From Utricularia gibba (lineage: Eukaryota; Plantae; Magnoliophyta), in NCBI GenBank assembly GCA_002189035.1, contig NEEC01000024.1, positions 496,001 through 560,000 on the forward strand: 64,000 bases of DNA, in the 5' to 3' direction. Both the position numbers and the translations under genes were made by a program. The notes beneath the pieces are model-generated. The model did not search any database. It was given only the letters and a program-made list of their open reading frames with translations, and was not told where the DNA came from. Of this stretch, positions 1 to 13,047 are shown one piece after another. The first letter of the stretch is position 1, and every line of letters begins with the position of its first letter.

Positions 1-26
1 AAGGTTTTACACAAGATCGTAGTAAA

Positions 27-716
27 GTGTGTAAACTGAACAAATCCATCTATGGGCTAAAGCAAGCTTCAAGAAGTTGGAACATCAAATTTGATGAGAC
101 AATCAAAGAGTTTGGTTTCTCTCAAAAGGAAGATGAACCTTGTGTATACAAGAAGGTAGATGGCTTGGCAATCGTATTTCTCATACTATATGTGGATGAC
201 ATATTAGTAATGGGAAATGATGTTGCAACAATGCAATCGGTAAAAATCTGGTTATCCAAGAGCTTTTCAATGAAAGATCTTGGAGATGCGGCTTATATAT
301 TGGGCATAAAGATCTATAGAGATAGATCAAGGAGATCGATTGGATTATCACAATCAACCTACATCGATAAAGTGTTAAAGAGGTTTAACATGGTTGATTC
401 CAAAAGAGGTTTATTGGCCATGACACACAAGGCACTTTCAAAAGTGATGTGCCCCAAAATAGAAGAAGATAGGGATTATATGGCTCGAATTCCACATGCT
501 TCTCCTATTAGGTCAACAATGTATACCACGCTGTGTACTAGACCAGATGTGTCATATGCTTTAAGTGTTGCAAGCAGATATCAGTTGAACTCTAGAATGG
601 ATCATTGGACTGCACTCAAGAGCATTCTTAAGTACTTAAGAAGGACTAAAGACATGTTCCTTATTTATGGTGGTCAAGATCTCGAAATGGGAGAATATGT
701 TTCCAATCTCATTTGA
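27..716 (+). pseudogene. Copia reverse transcriptase C-terminal half, degenerate and truncated
   Basis: ORF track 229 aa with YVDD. It ends prematurely (GEYVSNLI*) before RNase H. Confidence 0.9.
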
Positions 717-883
717 CTTGACGTCTCAATCAATATACATATTCACCCTAAATGGAGGTGCAGTCACTTAGAAAAGTTCTAAGCAAGACTGCTCATTCAC
801 AATGGAACTAGGACGTCCATGGAGTACATAGAGTCCATTGGTATAAGATACATGTTTGATTGGCTCTAGTACAAGTGGGAGAT

Positions 884-2387
884 TGTTAGTATATGTGTTC
901 TAGAGACAATAAACTCATTGGCAAATCTTATCTTTTGATATTTACTTTGAATTGTGATCAAATTTATATCATTGATAAAATCCTCTACTTGATCTATGTG
1001 CAATACAAAATATGATGAGATCATAATGTGAGATTCTTCAAGCACTCATGATCAAGTTAAAAAACTCCCTAGCTAGACTATTTGTGAAATGAGGATATCA
1101 CAAATACGGATAAGCTGGCACATATTGAGTTCCCTAAATTGTTTAGCCAATGGTTCTCACAATTGATGTAATGAGATTACTAGAACCTATGTGTGGGTGT
1201 CGATTAGAGAATCAATTCACCGGATGACTCATCTTCGAGATGCTACTATGGGAAGCTAACCAAGTGTCAGTAGCAAGATCTCGAATATGACAGCCGTGCA
1301 ATTAAGCTTAGACTTGAGGTCAACAAAGTTATCTTAATCTTAAGCTCACATTTTCGCTCATTACTAATGGGAGCCTAACCATGGCTTGCCTAGTATGGAT
1401 GAGTAGGGATGTGACTTCCTAAGGTTGGAGATAGTTGATTGATCAATAAAGGATTCATCACTCATGTTAGCAATGAGATCATATCTCAAGTAATTTCATC
1501 AAAGCCTAACAGTAAGTCCTGGGCCCAGGGTAATGACACTCGAATTGTTTGTGTAGGTCATTGAGTGTTAGTGCTTGAATGCAATTATAATTTCGATAAA
1601 TCAGAAAGACACACACCCATGTTCTGGTACCGAATGAGATATAAGTATGATGAAAGGTGTTCATTGCATGATGGCTGGTCATGGAAAGGCTCAATCAGTT
1701 CACCTGATTGTTCTTACATCTTGGGGATCATGATATGTTGCTAGACATCACTTTTGATCGATAATGATGGATTTTATTAATTAAGAGTTAATTAATAAAT
1801 CCATTATTACGGCCTTGATTGAAGAAGCCTATAGGGTCACACACAATAGTGGAGTCACTCAACGATATAAAATAGAATGACACAATTACATGAGATGTAA
1901 TTGGTAAAGTGCATAAATTAAATTGAGAGTTATTTTGAGATTAATATTGATTAAACTCAAAATAAAAGATCATATATAGATAAGATTTGGAACATATACA
2001 TATCTCCACAAGATAAGATCTTTACGGAGATATGATTTGATATGTTACCATATATCTATCAAAAAGATTTAGATCTTGAGATCTGGTCCAAAGGTCTTCG
2101 TGCTCTCAGAGACTAATCCACAAGGAGGCGTTTTTCTCGACTAGCACTTGAGGAATTCGACCAACATTCAAGAGCCTTGAGAAGGTTATCGACGGAGTGC
2201 TCCACCTGTGGATACCATAGAGGCCGTCTGCTATTGGCGGTTGGTGAACAACGGAGTCATCTGAAAGGTACTTTGAACATCCATATGTCTGATGTATACC
2301 GTATTCCAAGATCTGCGTTGGGGGTTTCTCAAAATTTTTAAAATTCCGCTGCTTTTGAGACATACGATGTCTACGAGAAACCCAACA
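884..2387 (+). repeat. Angela LTR, 1504 bp
   Basis: TG...CA termini, directly after the PPT. Same length as the copies at 11377-12880 and 25491-26994. Confidence 0.93.
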
Positions 2388-2556
2388 TAGAGGTCGTCTA
2401 CTATTAGCGGTTGGTGAACAACGGAGTGCTCTAAAAAGTATTTTCAGAATCACTTTATCTGATGCATACCATATTCCAAGATCTCTTGTTTGGGGTTTTC
2501 TAAAAAATTTAAATTTTACTACATTGAGGATGTGCGATGTCTCTTAAAAACCTAAT
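2388..2556 (+). repeat. Older diverged 3' tail of the same LTR family
   Basis: Degenerate repeat of 2217-2387 (tagaggtcgtctactattagcggttggtgaacaacggag...). Right end approximate. Confidence 0.85.
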
Positions 2557-3052
2557 AGCTTTGGTTGGTGATGCTACTCCTAGAATTCGATCTGGAAATG
2601 AAGGACAAACCAAATAAAAAGAATTGTGTTGTTGATGACTTGAGTAGAATAGGGAACCTAATGGACGAAGAGGAGATAGCTGATACTATTGCTAACAAGT
2701 TAATTAGTACAATCTCACTCTTAGGGAAGATCAATCAAAATTTGAAAAGTCATCAGAAACTAAAACAGTGATAGTAAGTATTACACATGGGATTACCCAT
2801 ATTTGTGGAAGGGTTGTAGTGATGGAGTGGTATGCAAATGCTTACCCGATGGTGAGATTAACCATGTGATTGAATTTTGCCACTCAACCCCATGTGAAGG
2901 TCACCATGGACCAAAATTGAACAGCAAAGAAGCTATTGAGGTATTATTGACCATCAATTTTTTGGGATTGTTTTTGTTTTTGTAGGGTATGTGATGTGTG
3001 TCAACAAATAGGTATTATTACCAACAAAAATGAAATGTCCTTAAAGCCCATT
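2557..3052 (+). pseudogene. Athila-like Gypsy RNase H end / integrase zinc-finger fragment
   Basis: LLEFDLEMKDK..NCVVDDLSR and CHSTPCEGHHG resemble LQEFDLEIKDKKG.EN.VADHLSR and CH...GGH. Confidence 0.8.
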
Positions 3053-3880
3053 TGTCATGACCCACTTTTAGGGCCCCAGAAAGATGAGTCGTGACCACAT
3101 CGTCCTAACTAAAACACTATATCTCAGTATGTCTTTCATAACATGATCCATTGTCGTCCAAGTGTGTAAGCGTGTAAATAAACCATAAATAAGGCACTAT
3201 CCAGTTGCTTTTATCTAACATAGTTTATAATCAAATATATTTGAATCATAGCATATATTGTACGCACATAACCCATACTAGAAAACAAGCTACGACGCTA
3301 TCTGTACGTCCATACAACTTAGGAAAACTTGGTTGATCATAGGACCTCTACTGGCTCTCTTCATCTTCTAAAATAAATAAATGAGTGGTCATGTTTTTGA
3401 GTTTTAAAATGAGTCAAATCAAGAAAGAATATAAAGAGTTTATAAAAGAAACTTGAAACACGTTATGAGTCCCCATAACTATCTAGATCACAGCCTTGGC
3501 CTTGCTATTAGATCATGATTCCACAGTCAAGAGAGCCACCTCCTATCACGTAATCACAAACGCATGGCATACATAATATAACATATCATATCTTGCATAA
3601 CTTTCATACTTTTTTCCAATAATTCATGTACCTCAGACATGCCTGATATATTAGCCTTAATGCCCGTGGCAAAACCATGTTGCTCAAGATATGCATCCAT
3701 ATCTCCTCCATTCTTTCCTTACTTGTTTTATGACATAATGCATAGAGATACATACTGGACATACCATCTTAAAGATAACAAGGGTGACTATGATAGAAAA
3801 GAATCATACTTTTGGGATTCAAAAATAGTTTTTTTATGAAATAACATGAAATAACCTACTTCCCTATTAGAATTTTCATG
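3053..3880. mobile_element. Unassigned LTR-like fragment
   Basis: Starts TGTCATGACCC, a typical Gypsy LTR terminus. No partner end found; right boundary approximate. Confidence 0.35.
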
Positions 3881-3989
3881 CAACGTAAAAAGTTTCTAAG
3901 CATAGACACAATCACATCTAAAGTAATGGAAATTAAACACCAACATCACATAGTGTTGTTTCCTCAACAAATTTTAATTTATAAAAACG

Positions 3990-4746
3990 TGAAACACAAT
4001 AAAGCATAGTACAAGTGTCGATTTCAGAGAGTTGAGTTTTGCGAAAAGTGTTCTGTAGAAATTGTCACGGGTTTGTAAAAAGGGGTTTTTGAAGTACCAA
4101 AACAAAAATTACAACGCAAGTAATGGACTTTGACTACGGGACGTAGTTCTTGGGAAATGAACAACGTTTCCTCCTTGTTTGTATCCTCGCCTCGCTATCC
4201 TTTTGTCTATGTGTGTGCCTAGCTATTGCCAATGACCAATGGCAGATACGAGGTCACTACCTGTCCATTGTCACGGTACCTCGGCCAAAAAACAATTCGC
4301 TACTTCCCTCGAACGATAGGGATGGTGATGGTGCTCTTCACCTTGCTTTTCATCAAAATCCGTGAGGAATGGCCCACTACTCATGTACCATGACTAGGGG
4401 GTGTTACAGAAAGGCTGCAACAAAACGCATATAAGTATGCAAAATGTAGAAGAATTTCAGTAAAGAGACGGCATTAATGCTCAAGACTTGGAAGGAAACT
4501 TCATCTATTCCTAGAAACTAGAAGAGTTTAGCCACGAATGGTTTCTTGTAACACTCCAAACTTGCTTCCTAATATTTTGGGTGAAAGTGCACGAAAAAAG
4601 ATAAAAAAAAATATGTGCAAAATACAAAAATAGGATTTTTCTAAAAAAATAGAGTTCCCATTCAATTTGGCTCAAAATTTGGGCAACTTAATACCTAATT
4701 AACGCGTAATATTATATAATAAATATGGAAAAAATGACACTTGACA
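3990..4746 (-). repeat. Athila-like LTR fragment
   Basis: Homologous to 17603-18714 and 52506-53844. Minus-strand start TGTCAAGTGTCATTTT at 4746; left end approximate. Confidence 0.75.
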
Positions 4747-5099
4747 CATAGGCACAAAAGTTTTCATAAATAAATTTCAAAGATAAGTAAAGCTTCAAAA
4801 GCAATCATGTCACATACATTAACACCTTAGACTCTAAACCAACTCTAAAGCTTCATTCACCAAAGGTAGTATAACCTTTCCTTCCAACCTCTCCTACTCA
4901 CCTTTTTAAAATTCAAAAATAACTAAAAGAACCTTACATTCCATCATATGTATATTTTCATCTACATCTCATCCTTATTTGTGCGACATGTGGCACGCAT
5001 GCAATGGTGACCACTTGGATATGTTTGATTGACTAGGCTAGTATGAAGTAGAACAAGTCAAAACTAATGAGTTAAGTGTTTAAAGCTTGTATCCTTACA

Positions 5100-5430
5100 C
5101 CATTTTTGTGACCAAAGTATTAGATATGTGGGGAATCAGTTTTATGGGTCCATTTCCTAATTCACATAGATATTAGTATATTCTAGTATATGTAGATTAT
5201 TTTTCCAGGTGGATAGAAGGAATTTCAACCCGTATGCAAGACACATAAGTTGTGATGAATTTCCCAAAGAAAAACATATTTTCTCGATTTTGTGATCCGA
5301 AAGTACTCATTATAGACAGAGGGTGACACTTCTTTAACATGGTTCTGAAAAAATTACTCAAGAAGTATGGAGTGTGGTATAAACCTTCAAATGCTTATCA
5401 CGCTTAAACTAATGGGCAATTTGACGTATC
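5100..5430 (+). pseudogene. Gypsy integrase core fragment
   Basis: Manual translation WGISFMGPFP...YVDYFSRWIEG...IIDRG*HF...TNGQ, with stops. Confidence 0.8.
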
Positions 5431-6879
5431 CAATTGTTGAATTTATTCAATTGAATTTGGAGCAACTTGAGGAGGTAACGAAATCCTACCGTTGAATTTA
5501 TTCAATTGGTCAAGCTTTTTGGGCACACTATTTACCTGTGAGTAATTGTGGTTGTGTCAACCCATGAGTAAGTATGTCGTAGGTTTAGTTGAACACTCAG
5601 AAGTATTCTAGTTCCTAGTCAGACAGTGAGCATACAGTAGTCATATGTGAGGCCAAGACCTATTTTGATATTTACTCTGTATTTTCTTTCTAAAAAAGTT
5701 AGAGCAGTAGTCTTGAGTGTGACCCCTTTTTTGCATTGTCCACCTCCTTTTGTCAGGCCACTAGAACCACTCTTGGGCTAGATCTACGTCATCTTGCATC
5801 TAGTTTTAAGTCAATACTGAGAAAATTGTAGAGGCTAAAAAGCGAGCACACAAGAAATGTTTTGCTATGTAAAAAAAAAGAAGAGAAAAAAAAACAAAAA
5901 GAAAAAAAAGGGGGAAACTCTAGGCAAGGGATCAGTTTCTTGAAGTGATAATGATTGGAGTGATAAGGACGAGGAGTTATAATGAGAAACATTGAGCTTC
6001 TGTTTTGAGTGATAAGGCCATTACCTCAAGTCTTACAAGAGTGAAGACCCTACATTCCATTGCTAATGAATTCTGATTTTCATGCTTCACTATTGTGCTA
6101 GGTACTCAAATATAGTGATTCAGTGTATGTCAGTTGTTAGTTTAGATGATAGGTAAGAGTCGAGGACGAGTCTGTCATCATTGTAGGATAGCATGATGTT
6201 GCATCAGATTTCAATGTATTTGAGTCAATTATAGTATTAGAGTATTAGAATAATGTGAATTTGAATGGGGAAAATACTAACATGTGCATTGGTCAAACTA
6301 TTTTCGCTAAAAATGGGATTTTTTTCCATTTTTCACTTAGTCCAAATGCAAAGTGGTTTTCTTCTTCTTCCAAGCTCAAGTACATCCAGCTCATTTTGAT
6401 TGCATAATCTGACCAGTCTACGACATTGTTATGAGTATAGGGGTAATACAAGAATTATAGGTCTGAATGCAGAAGAAAGATAAGAAAGGTTGGCAAAAAA
6501 AAAGACAAGAAGATCGCAATAGATGCAACTAACCATGGCTGGCATGCAAGAGTGGTGAGAATAAAAAGAAGAAAAAATATGATGTCTACATAATTCCTTT
6601 CTCTTCAGAATCTTTCACGTCGTGAACACGACAAACAAATAGAGAAGCCACTCTTAGCTTTCAAATGATTTCTATTTTGTAATATTTGAATAAGGAAAAG
6701 TTCTTGAAATATGAAATGGTGTACATGTCTATTGTGGTGTGTTTATGAGGTGGAGATGTAGTGTGGTTCTTTGAAGTAGATGACTTATGATGGAGCTGCA
6801 GATGCATACATCTTTTTGTAAACATGTTTGAGATAAATCCTTATGAAATTATAACCACCGTTGGTTAGGTTGAGCAATG

Positions 6880-7560
6880 AAATTAGAAAAAGATATTCGA
6901 ATGAAGTATGGTTACTATGTTTTTAAAATATATTGAGAATATTATTGAAGTTTCTATGGACAATTTTACAGTAACCTAGTTTCTATGCTCCACTTTATCT
7001 TTGATTTTAAAGAAATGCATTGAAACTAACCGAGTTTTGAACTCTGAAAACTTACACTTCATGGTTGAGCAAGGCATTATTCTACAACATCGTGTTTCAA
7101 GTAGAGGAATCGAAGTAGAGAAAACCAAGATAAGGGTAAATGAAAAATTACGATGCCCTACTACTATGAAAGGTATGCATTATTTTCTTGGGCATGCTGA
7201 ATTTTATTGGTGGTTGTTTCAAGATTTTTCAAAAATAGCATCCCCCTTGTGTGTTGTATTACATAAAGATGTTGAGTTCAGTTTTGATTAAAATTGTGGG
7301 AGAGAATTTAACATTTTCAAAGAAATTCTTATTTCAACTCCTATTATTCTGGTGTGTAATTGCAATTCATCATTTGAGTTAAAGTGTGATACTAGTGATG
7401 TAGCCCTTGGTGTGGTTTTAGGACAAAAAGTAGGGAAAGAATCCCATGTCATCCACTTTGCGTTCAAGTGCTTTGATGATGCCTAAAAGATTTACATTAT
7501 GATTGAAATGGAGCTATAAGCTTTTACCTTTACTCTCGTAAAATTTAGACCTTGTCTGGA
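6880..7560 (+). pseudogene. Gypsy RT C-terminus / RNase H fragment
   Basis: ORF 7001-7291 LHFMVEQGIIL..RVSSRGIEV...FLGHAEFY..QDFSKIASPL, followed by a CDTSD-like motif. Confidence 0.8.
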
Positions 7561-9467
7561 TTCTAAGACCTATATCATCAAATGAATCTAGTAGCAAACA
7601 TTTTAGCCATATAACCTCTGAAAAAGAGTCCAGTATGAATAATGATAAATTCATCATGAAAGTCCTAGGTACATGGATGTTGTGAATTATTTAATCATAC
7701 GGCAATTTCTTGAGGATTTTCATTGATATCAACTGAATAATCACTTGAGTGATAGCATCAATGAGTGAAAAATTCTAATGGTGTCATATTTCAAAAGGTT
7801 TTCATCATCAAAAGATATTAATAAAACTAAACAAGCAATCTACATCATATTCACAAAGAAAGTAATGTAGTAATTGCAAGTTGAGATCGATCCATAAGGA
7901 GCAAACGATTTTCAGTTATAAGTCCTATGCACAAATAGGTTTCTATTCTAAACAAATTAGCAAAAATTCATAAGATGGCTTCTACACTAAAAACATGCAA
8001 CAAAATATATAGATCAGCATTTTTAGAACTTCCGAAGTAAGCATTACACTTAATATGAAAATTAACTATGCTTAAAATGTAACTTAAACACTTTCAAATC
8101 ACTATTCTGACTCAAGCATGAAAATAGTAAAGAAAACAACAAAGAAAGCACATTCACACATGCAAACAAGGAATTGTGGTTAATGTTTAAGCTAGAAATG
8201 TAAAACATGAAAGTAAGCATAGAAAGAATGTAGAGACAGTAAATTGTTTGTTCAAGTTTACAAGTCAAATCCAAGTGTGCACGTAAGCTTCTTCTTTGGT
8301 TAGGATCGTTTTTCCCTTTACTCAACCCCCTACAGTCTGTGGTGAAGACATATCAACTACAACGTTCGAGATCTCGGGAAGACTGGTGCTATCAACAAGT
8401 AGTAGTTGGTGATGCATACACTATTCTAGATGTCACTGGTTTGTTCTTTGTGACGGACTTCACGGTGGTTGCTTTCACTTTCACCATTCTCCTCTTTGGC
8501 AAGGGTCTTTTTCTTAAAGGTAGTTCCCAGTTATAGAGGGATAGTGGGCGCACTTCCTTCATATTAACGAGACACTAATCTAGGGTTTCCGCCATTTCAA
8601 CTTCCCCTCTTGTTTGCATGGGTGGGAACTCCTCTACGACATGCAACTTCCAATATTACCCTTCTCTCATCTCAGATCAGCATGTTGTGCAGTTTGACAA
8701 TTCTGAAGACTTACACAAAACAAAAAGATAACCTAACAAGAAGAAGTACAAAAAATAAACCTACATTAAATTTGGAGAGCTCCTAGTAGTGCCCTATTTA
8801 TTCATGGTGTGGGGTTGGACTTTCATGACATGCTAAGTCAAATCTACGGTGGGGAAGAGATTCTCTCCTTCTATTACTTGTTGGTCATTTGGACCTATTT
8901 GAAGATAAAGTTTCAGCCTATGACCATTTACAATAAATGGGTTAGCATCAAGATTTTTATCAAATAATTCAAATATTGAGCTTAACATGAATACGATTCC
9001 TGCACCCCTTTACTCTGTTTTTTTATTATGATAAAGCTAGGTTTAAGCCTATGGACTCTATCGAAGGACGTGAGAGTCAGATTCAGGTGAAAAACCCACC
9101 CATGTCACCTCCACTTTTTACATTTTCCACGCAATCATGTTATTTTATGTGCTTCTTCACCCCTATAACTTGTTCATTTCAACTCCTATTATTTTATGTC
9201 CTATACATATAAGACCTAAATTCCCATAAGCCCCCTTATTTTTAGTAAATGTAAAAGACTTCGAGAAATCACAACCATGCCTTATGAATTCGACCCTTGC
9301 TTTCCACACTACATTAATTTTCATGATTTTTGTAGAAGATTAGCTAGGTTTTATAAATTTCTTTTGATGCGTTAAACATGCTAGATCGTGACATTTACCA
9401 CAAAGTTCCAACGCTCATAAAAATGGCATCGGTTCTGGGGAATGGTGTCTATTAATTTCTCTCTATT

Positions 9468-10046
9468 AAGAATATGTTTCCAATCTCATTTGACTTCACG
9501 TCTCAATCAAGATAAATATTCACCCTAAATGGAGGTGCAGTCACTTAGAAAAGTTCTAAGCAAGACTACTCATTCACAATGGAACTAGGACGTCCATGGA
9601 GTACCTAGAGTCCATTGGTAAAAGATACATGATTGATTGGCTCTAGTACAAGTGGGAAATTGTTCGTGTATGTGTTATAGAGACAATCAACTCATTGGAA
9701 AATCTTATCTTTTGATATTTACTTTGAATTGTGATCAAATTTATATCATTGATAAAATCCTCGATCTATGTGCTATAGAAATTATGATGAGATCACTATG
9801 TGAGATTCTTCAAGCACTCATGATCAAGTTAAATCTCCCTAGCTAGAGTATTTGTGAAATGAGGATATCACAAATACGGATAAGCTAGCACACATTGAGT
9901 TCCCTAAACAGTTTAGGCAATGGTTCTCACAATTGATGTAATGAGATTACTAGAACCTATGTGTGGGTGTCGATTAGAGAATCGATTCACTGGATGACTC
10001 ATCTTCGAGATGCTATTATGGGAAGCTAACCAAGTGTCAGTAGCAA
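9468..10046 (+). mobile_element. Older Angela fragment: deleted RNase H tail, PPT and first ~390 bp of LTR
   Basis: Colinear and diverged match to ~692-1278. PPT AAGTGGGAAA. Confidence 0.88.
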
Positions 10047-10101
10047 TTCACTAACACTTCACTCTTGAAGGACGTGCCAACATGATTTACTGCTGTGAGT
10101 T

Positions 10102-11376
10102 GCCAATTCACTCTTGAAGGATGTGCCAAGACTCGGTCCAACGCACTTGAACTAGGAAGTATAAGGAGTTGGTTCTAAATGAAGAAAGCCTTTTTGAATC
10201 AAGTTTCCCCTACCTCTAGAGCTGATGAAATTCAAAGCAAGATCGAAAATATTTTTCAAAACTATGATGAGCCTTTACATGAGTATTGAGACAGATTTAC
10301 TACTCTTCTTTCAAGTTGCCCACAGAATGGATTTGATAAATTGAAGCAAGTGAAATGTTTTTTGAAGGGTTTGACTACTGCCCAAAGTGATAAATTGGAT
10401 TCTATTGGACTCTCACTCCATCTGAAGGATGGGAGAAAATTAAGGAAATGATTAGACATTCTAAACAATCTTAGTTTAGTCTCGAGCACAACGACAAGTG
10501 AATGAAATGGGGGTGTTGAAAGAGGATGAAGTAGTGAGAAATGACAAGGACATTGACGAATTGAAAGATATGGTGAAGGGTTGATATCTTGTTCATGGCA
10601 AATGAGTGCCTTGTGAAGTTTATGGAATTTTTGGACACACTTCTGATCATTGCTCTATGAAAGGAAACCTGGAAGAACCACTTGAAGGAGTAAATGCCAT
10701 GGGGTATATGAACAACACATATGATTATTTCATGCGAATGAATGAGAAGCATTTTCAGCCCTTGAGTTGGAGAAGCACCAATGTTGAAAGCCCACAACAT
10801 CTAGGATTTACTCAACTGCAGCAGCAAGCACCATCACCAAATTCATTTCAGTTGGGACATAATGTTCAGATGGGGACAAGGTACCCAAGCAAGCCTTGTC
10901 AACCCCCACATTAGAGGGTCGACCAGTCAAGCACTTCAGGTGCTAAACAAACCCCTTCAACTGAAGAAATGATGAAGGTGATGTTGGAAACCATGGCAAA
11001 AAGAGATGCTTAATCCGAGAAGATGATGAAAAATCTTGAAAGAGTGATTGGAAAACTTGCTACTGAGCTTGCTGAATTGGAAGAAGTATCAAAAAAACTC
11101 CACTCTCAGGCTAATGCAATTCTAAAGGCTAATATTTCAGCTATTAAACTTCGTGGCGGGAAGCAATTACCTGATAAAAAAGCCCTGCTAGTATGACTAA
11201 AGTGGCTAAAGGTGCTGAATTTAATTCTAATGACAAGTTGCAACAAGGAAAAGTAGTAGGTGAACTTGTTTTTGAGATCAAGAAAATGCCCCTTTTTCTT
11301 GGAAGTCTACAAGCTAGCGTCAGGCAAGAAGAGAAGGACTCCATAATTTCAGCCTTAGATTTTGACATAAACACTG
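10102..11376 (+). pseudogene. Athila-like gag remnant
   Basis: QFTLEG..K, EPLHEY*DRF..LLSSCPQNG, CEVYGIFGHTSDHC and NISAIKLRGGKQL. Confidence 0.8.
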
Positions 11377-12880
11377 TGTTGGGTTTCTCGTAGACATCGT
11401 ATGTCTCAAAAGCAGCGGAATTTTAAAAATTTTGAGAAACCCCCAACGCAGATCTTGGAATACGGTATACATCAGACATATGGATGTTCAAAGTACCTTT
11501 CAGATGACTCCGTTGTTCACCAACCGCCAATAGCAGACGGCCTCTATGGTATCCACAGGTGGAGCACTCCGTCGATAACCTTCTCAAGGCTCTTGAATGT
11601 TGGTCGAATTCCTCAAGTGCTAGTCGAGAAAAACGCCTCCTTGTGGATTAGTCTCTGAGAGCACGAAGACCTTTGGACCAGATCTCAAGATCTAAATCTT
11701 TTTGATAGATATATGGTAACATATCAAATCATATCTCCGTAAAGATCTTATCTTGTGGAGATATGTATATGTTCCAAATCTTATCTATATATGATCTTTT
11801 ATTTTGAGTTTAATCAATATTAATCTCAAAATAACTCTCAATTTAATTTATGCACTTTACCAATTACATCTCATGTAATTGTGTCATTCTATTTTATATC
11901 GTTGAGTGACTCCACTATTGTGTGTGACCCTATAGGCTTCTTCAATCAAGGCCGTAATAATGGATTTATTAATTAACTCTTAATTAATAAAATCCATCAT
12001 TATCGATCAAAAGTGATGTCTAGCAACATATCATGATCCCCAAGATGTAAGAACAATCAGGTGAACTGATTGAGCCTTTCCATGACCAGCCATCATGCAA
12101 TGAACACCTTTCATCATACTTATATCTCATTCGGTACCAGAACATGGGTGTGTGTCTTTCTGATTTATCGAAATTATAATTGCATTCAAGCACTAACACT
12201 CAATGACCTACACAAACAATTCGAGTGTCATTACCCTGGGCCCAGGACTTACTGTTAGGCTTTGATGAAATTACTTGAGATATGATCTCATTGCTAACAT
12301 GAGTGATGAATCCTTTATTGATCAATCAACTATCTCCAACCTTAGGAAGTCACATCCCTACTCATCCATACTAGGCAAGCCATGGTTAGGCTCCCATTAG
12401 TAATGAGCGAAAATGTGAGCTTAAGATTAAGATAACTTTGTTGACCTCAAGTCTAAGCTTAATTGCACGGCTGTCATATTCGAGATCTTGCTACTGACAC
12501 TTGGTTAGCTTCCCATAGTAGCATCTCGAAGATGAGTCATCCGGTGAATTGATTCTCTAATCGACACCCACACATAGGTTCTAGTAATCTCATTACATCA
12601 ATTGTGAGAACCATTGGCTAAACAATTTAGGGAACTCAATATGTGCCAGCTTATCCGTATTTGTGATATCCTCATTTCACAAATAGTCTAGCTAGGGAGT
12701 TTTTTAACTTGATCATGAGTGCTTGAAGAATCTCACATTATGATCTCATCATATTTTGTATTGCACATAGATCAAGTAGAGGATTTTATCAATGATATAA
12801 ATTTGATCACAATTCAAAGTAAATATCAAAAGATAAGATTTGCCAATGAGTTTATTGTCTCTAGAACACATATACTAACA
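11377..12880 (-). repeat. Angela 3' LTR, 1504 bp
   Basis: Reverse complement of 884-2387 in every segment checked. Confidence 0.95.
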
Positions 12881-13047
12881 ATCTCCCACTTGTACTAGAG
12901 CCAATCAAACATGTATCTTATACCAATGGACTCTATGTACTCCATGGACGTCCTAGTTCCATTGTGAATGAGCAGTCTTGCTTAGAACTTTTCTAAGTGA
13001 CTGCACCTCCATTTAGGGTGAATATGTATATTGATTGAGACGTCAAG

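Larger units (their letters stand above)
1..2387 (+). mobile_element. 3' part of Angela-type Ty1/Copia LTR retrotransposon (RT remnant, internally deleted RNase H, PPT, 3' LTR); runs off the window start
   Basis: RT motifs LNKSIYGLKQASRSW, LYVDD and TRPDVSYALS. PPT AAGTGGGAGA at 873-882. LTR TGTTAG...CCCAACA at 884-2387. Confidence 0.93.

Noticed and set aside
1506-1694. Recurring 62-aa ORF MSLSMTSHH... (five copies) and the SQKQRNFKNF... ORFs
   Set aside because: They are antisense frames within the repeated Angela LTR. Recurrence reflects DNA copy number, not a gene.
4385-4400. GGGGGTGTTACA as a chromovirus LTR end pairing with TGTCATGACCC at 3053
   Set aside because: A similar string sits inside the Athila LTR at ~53165, and no TSD was found.
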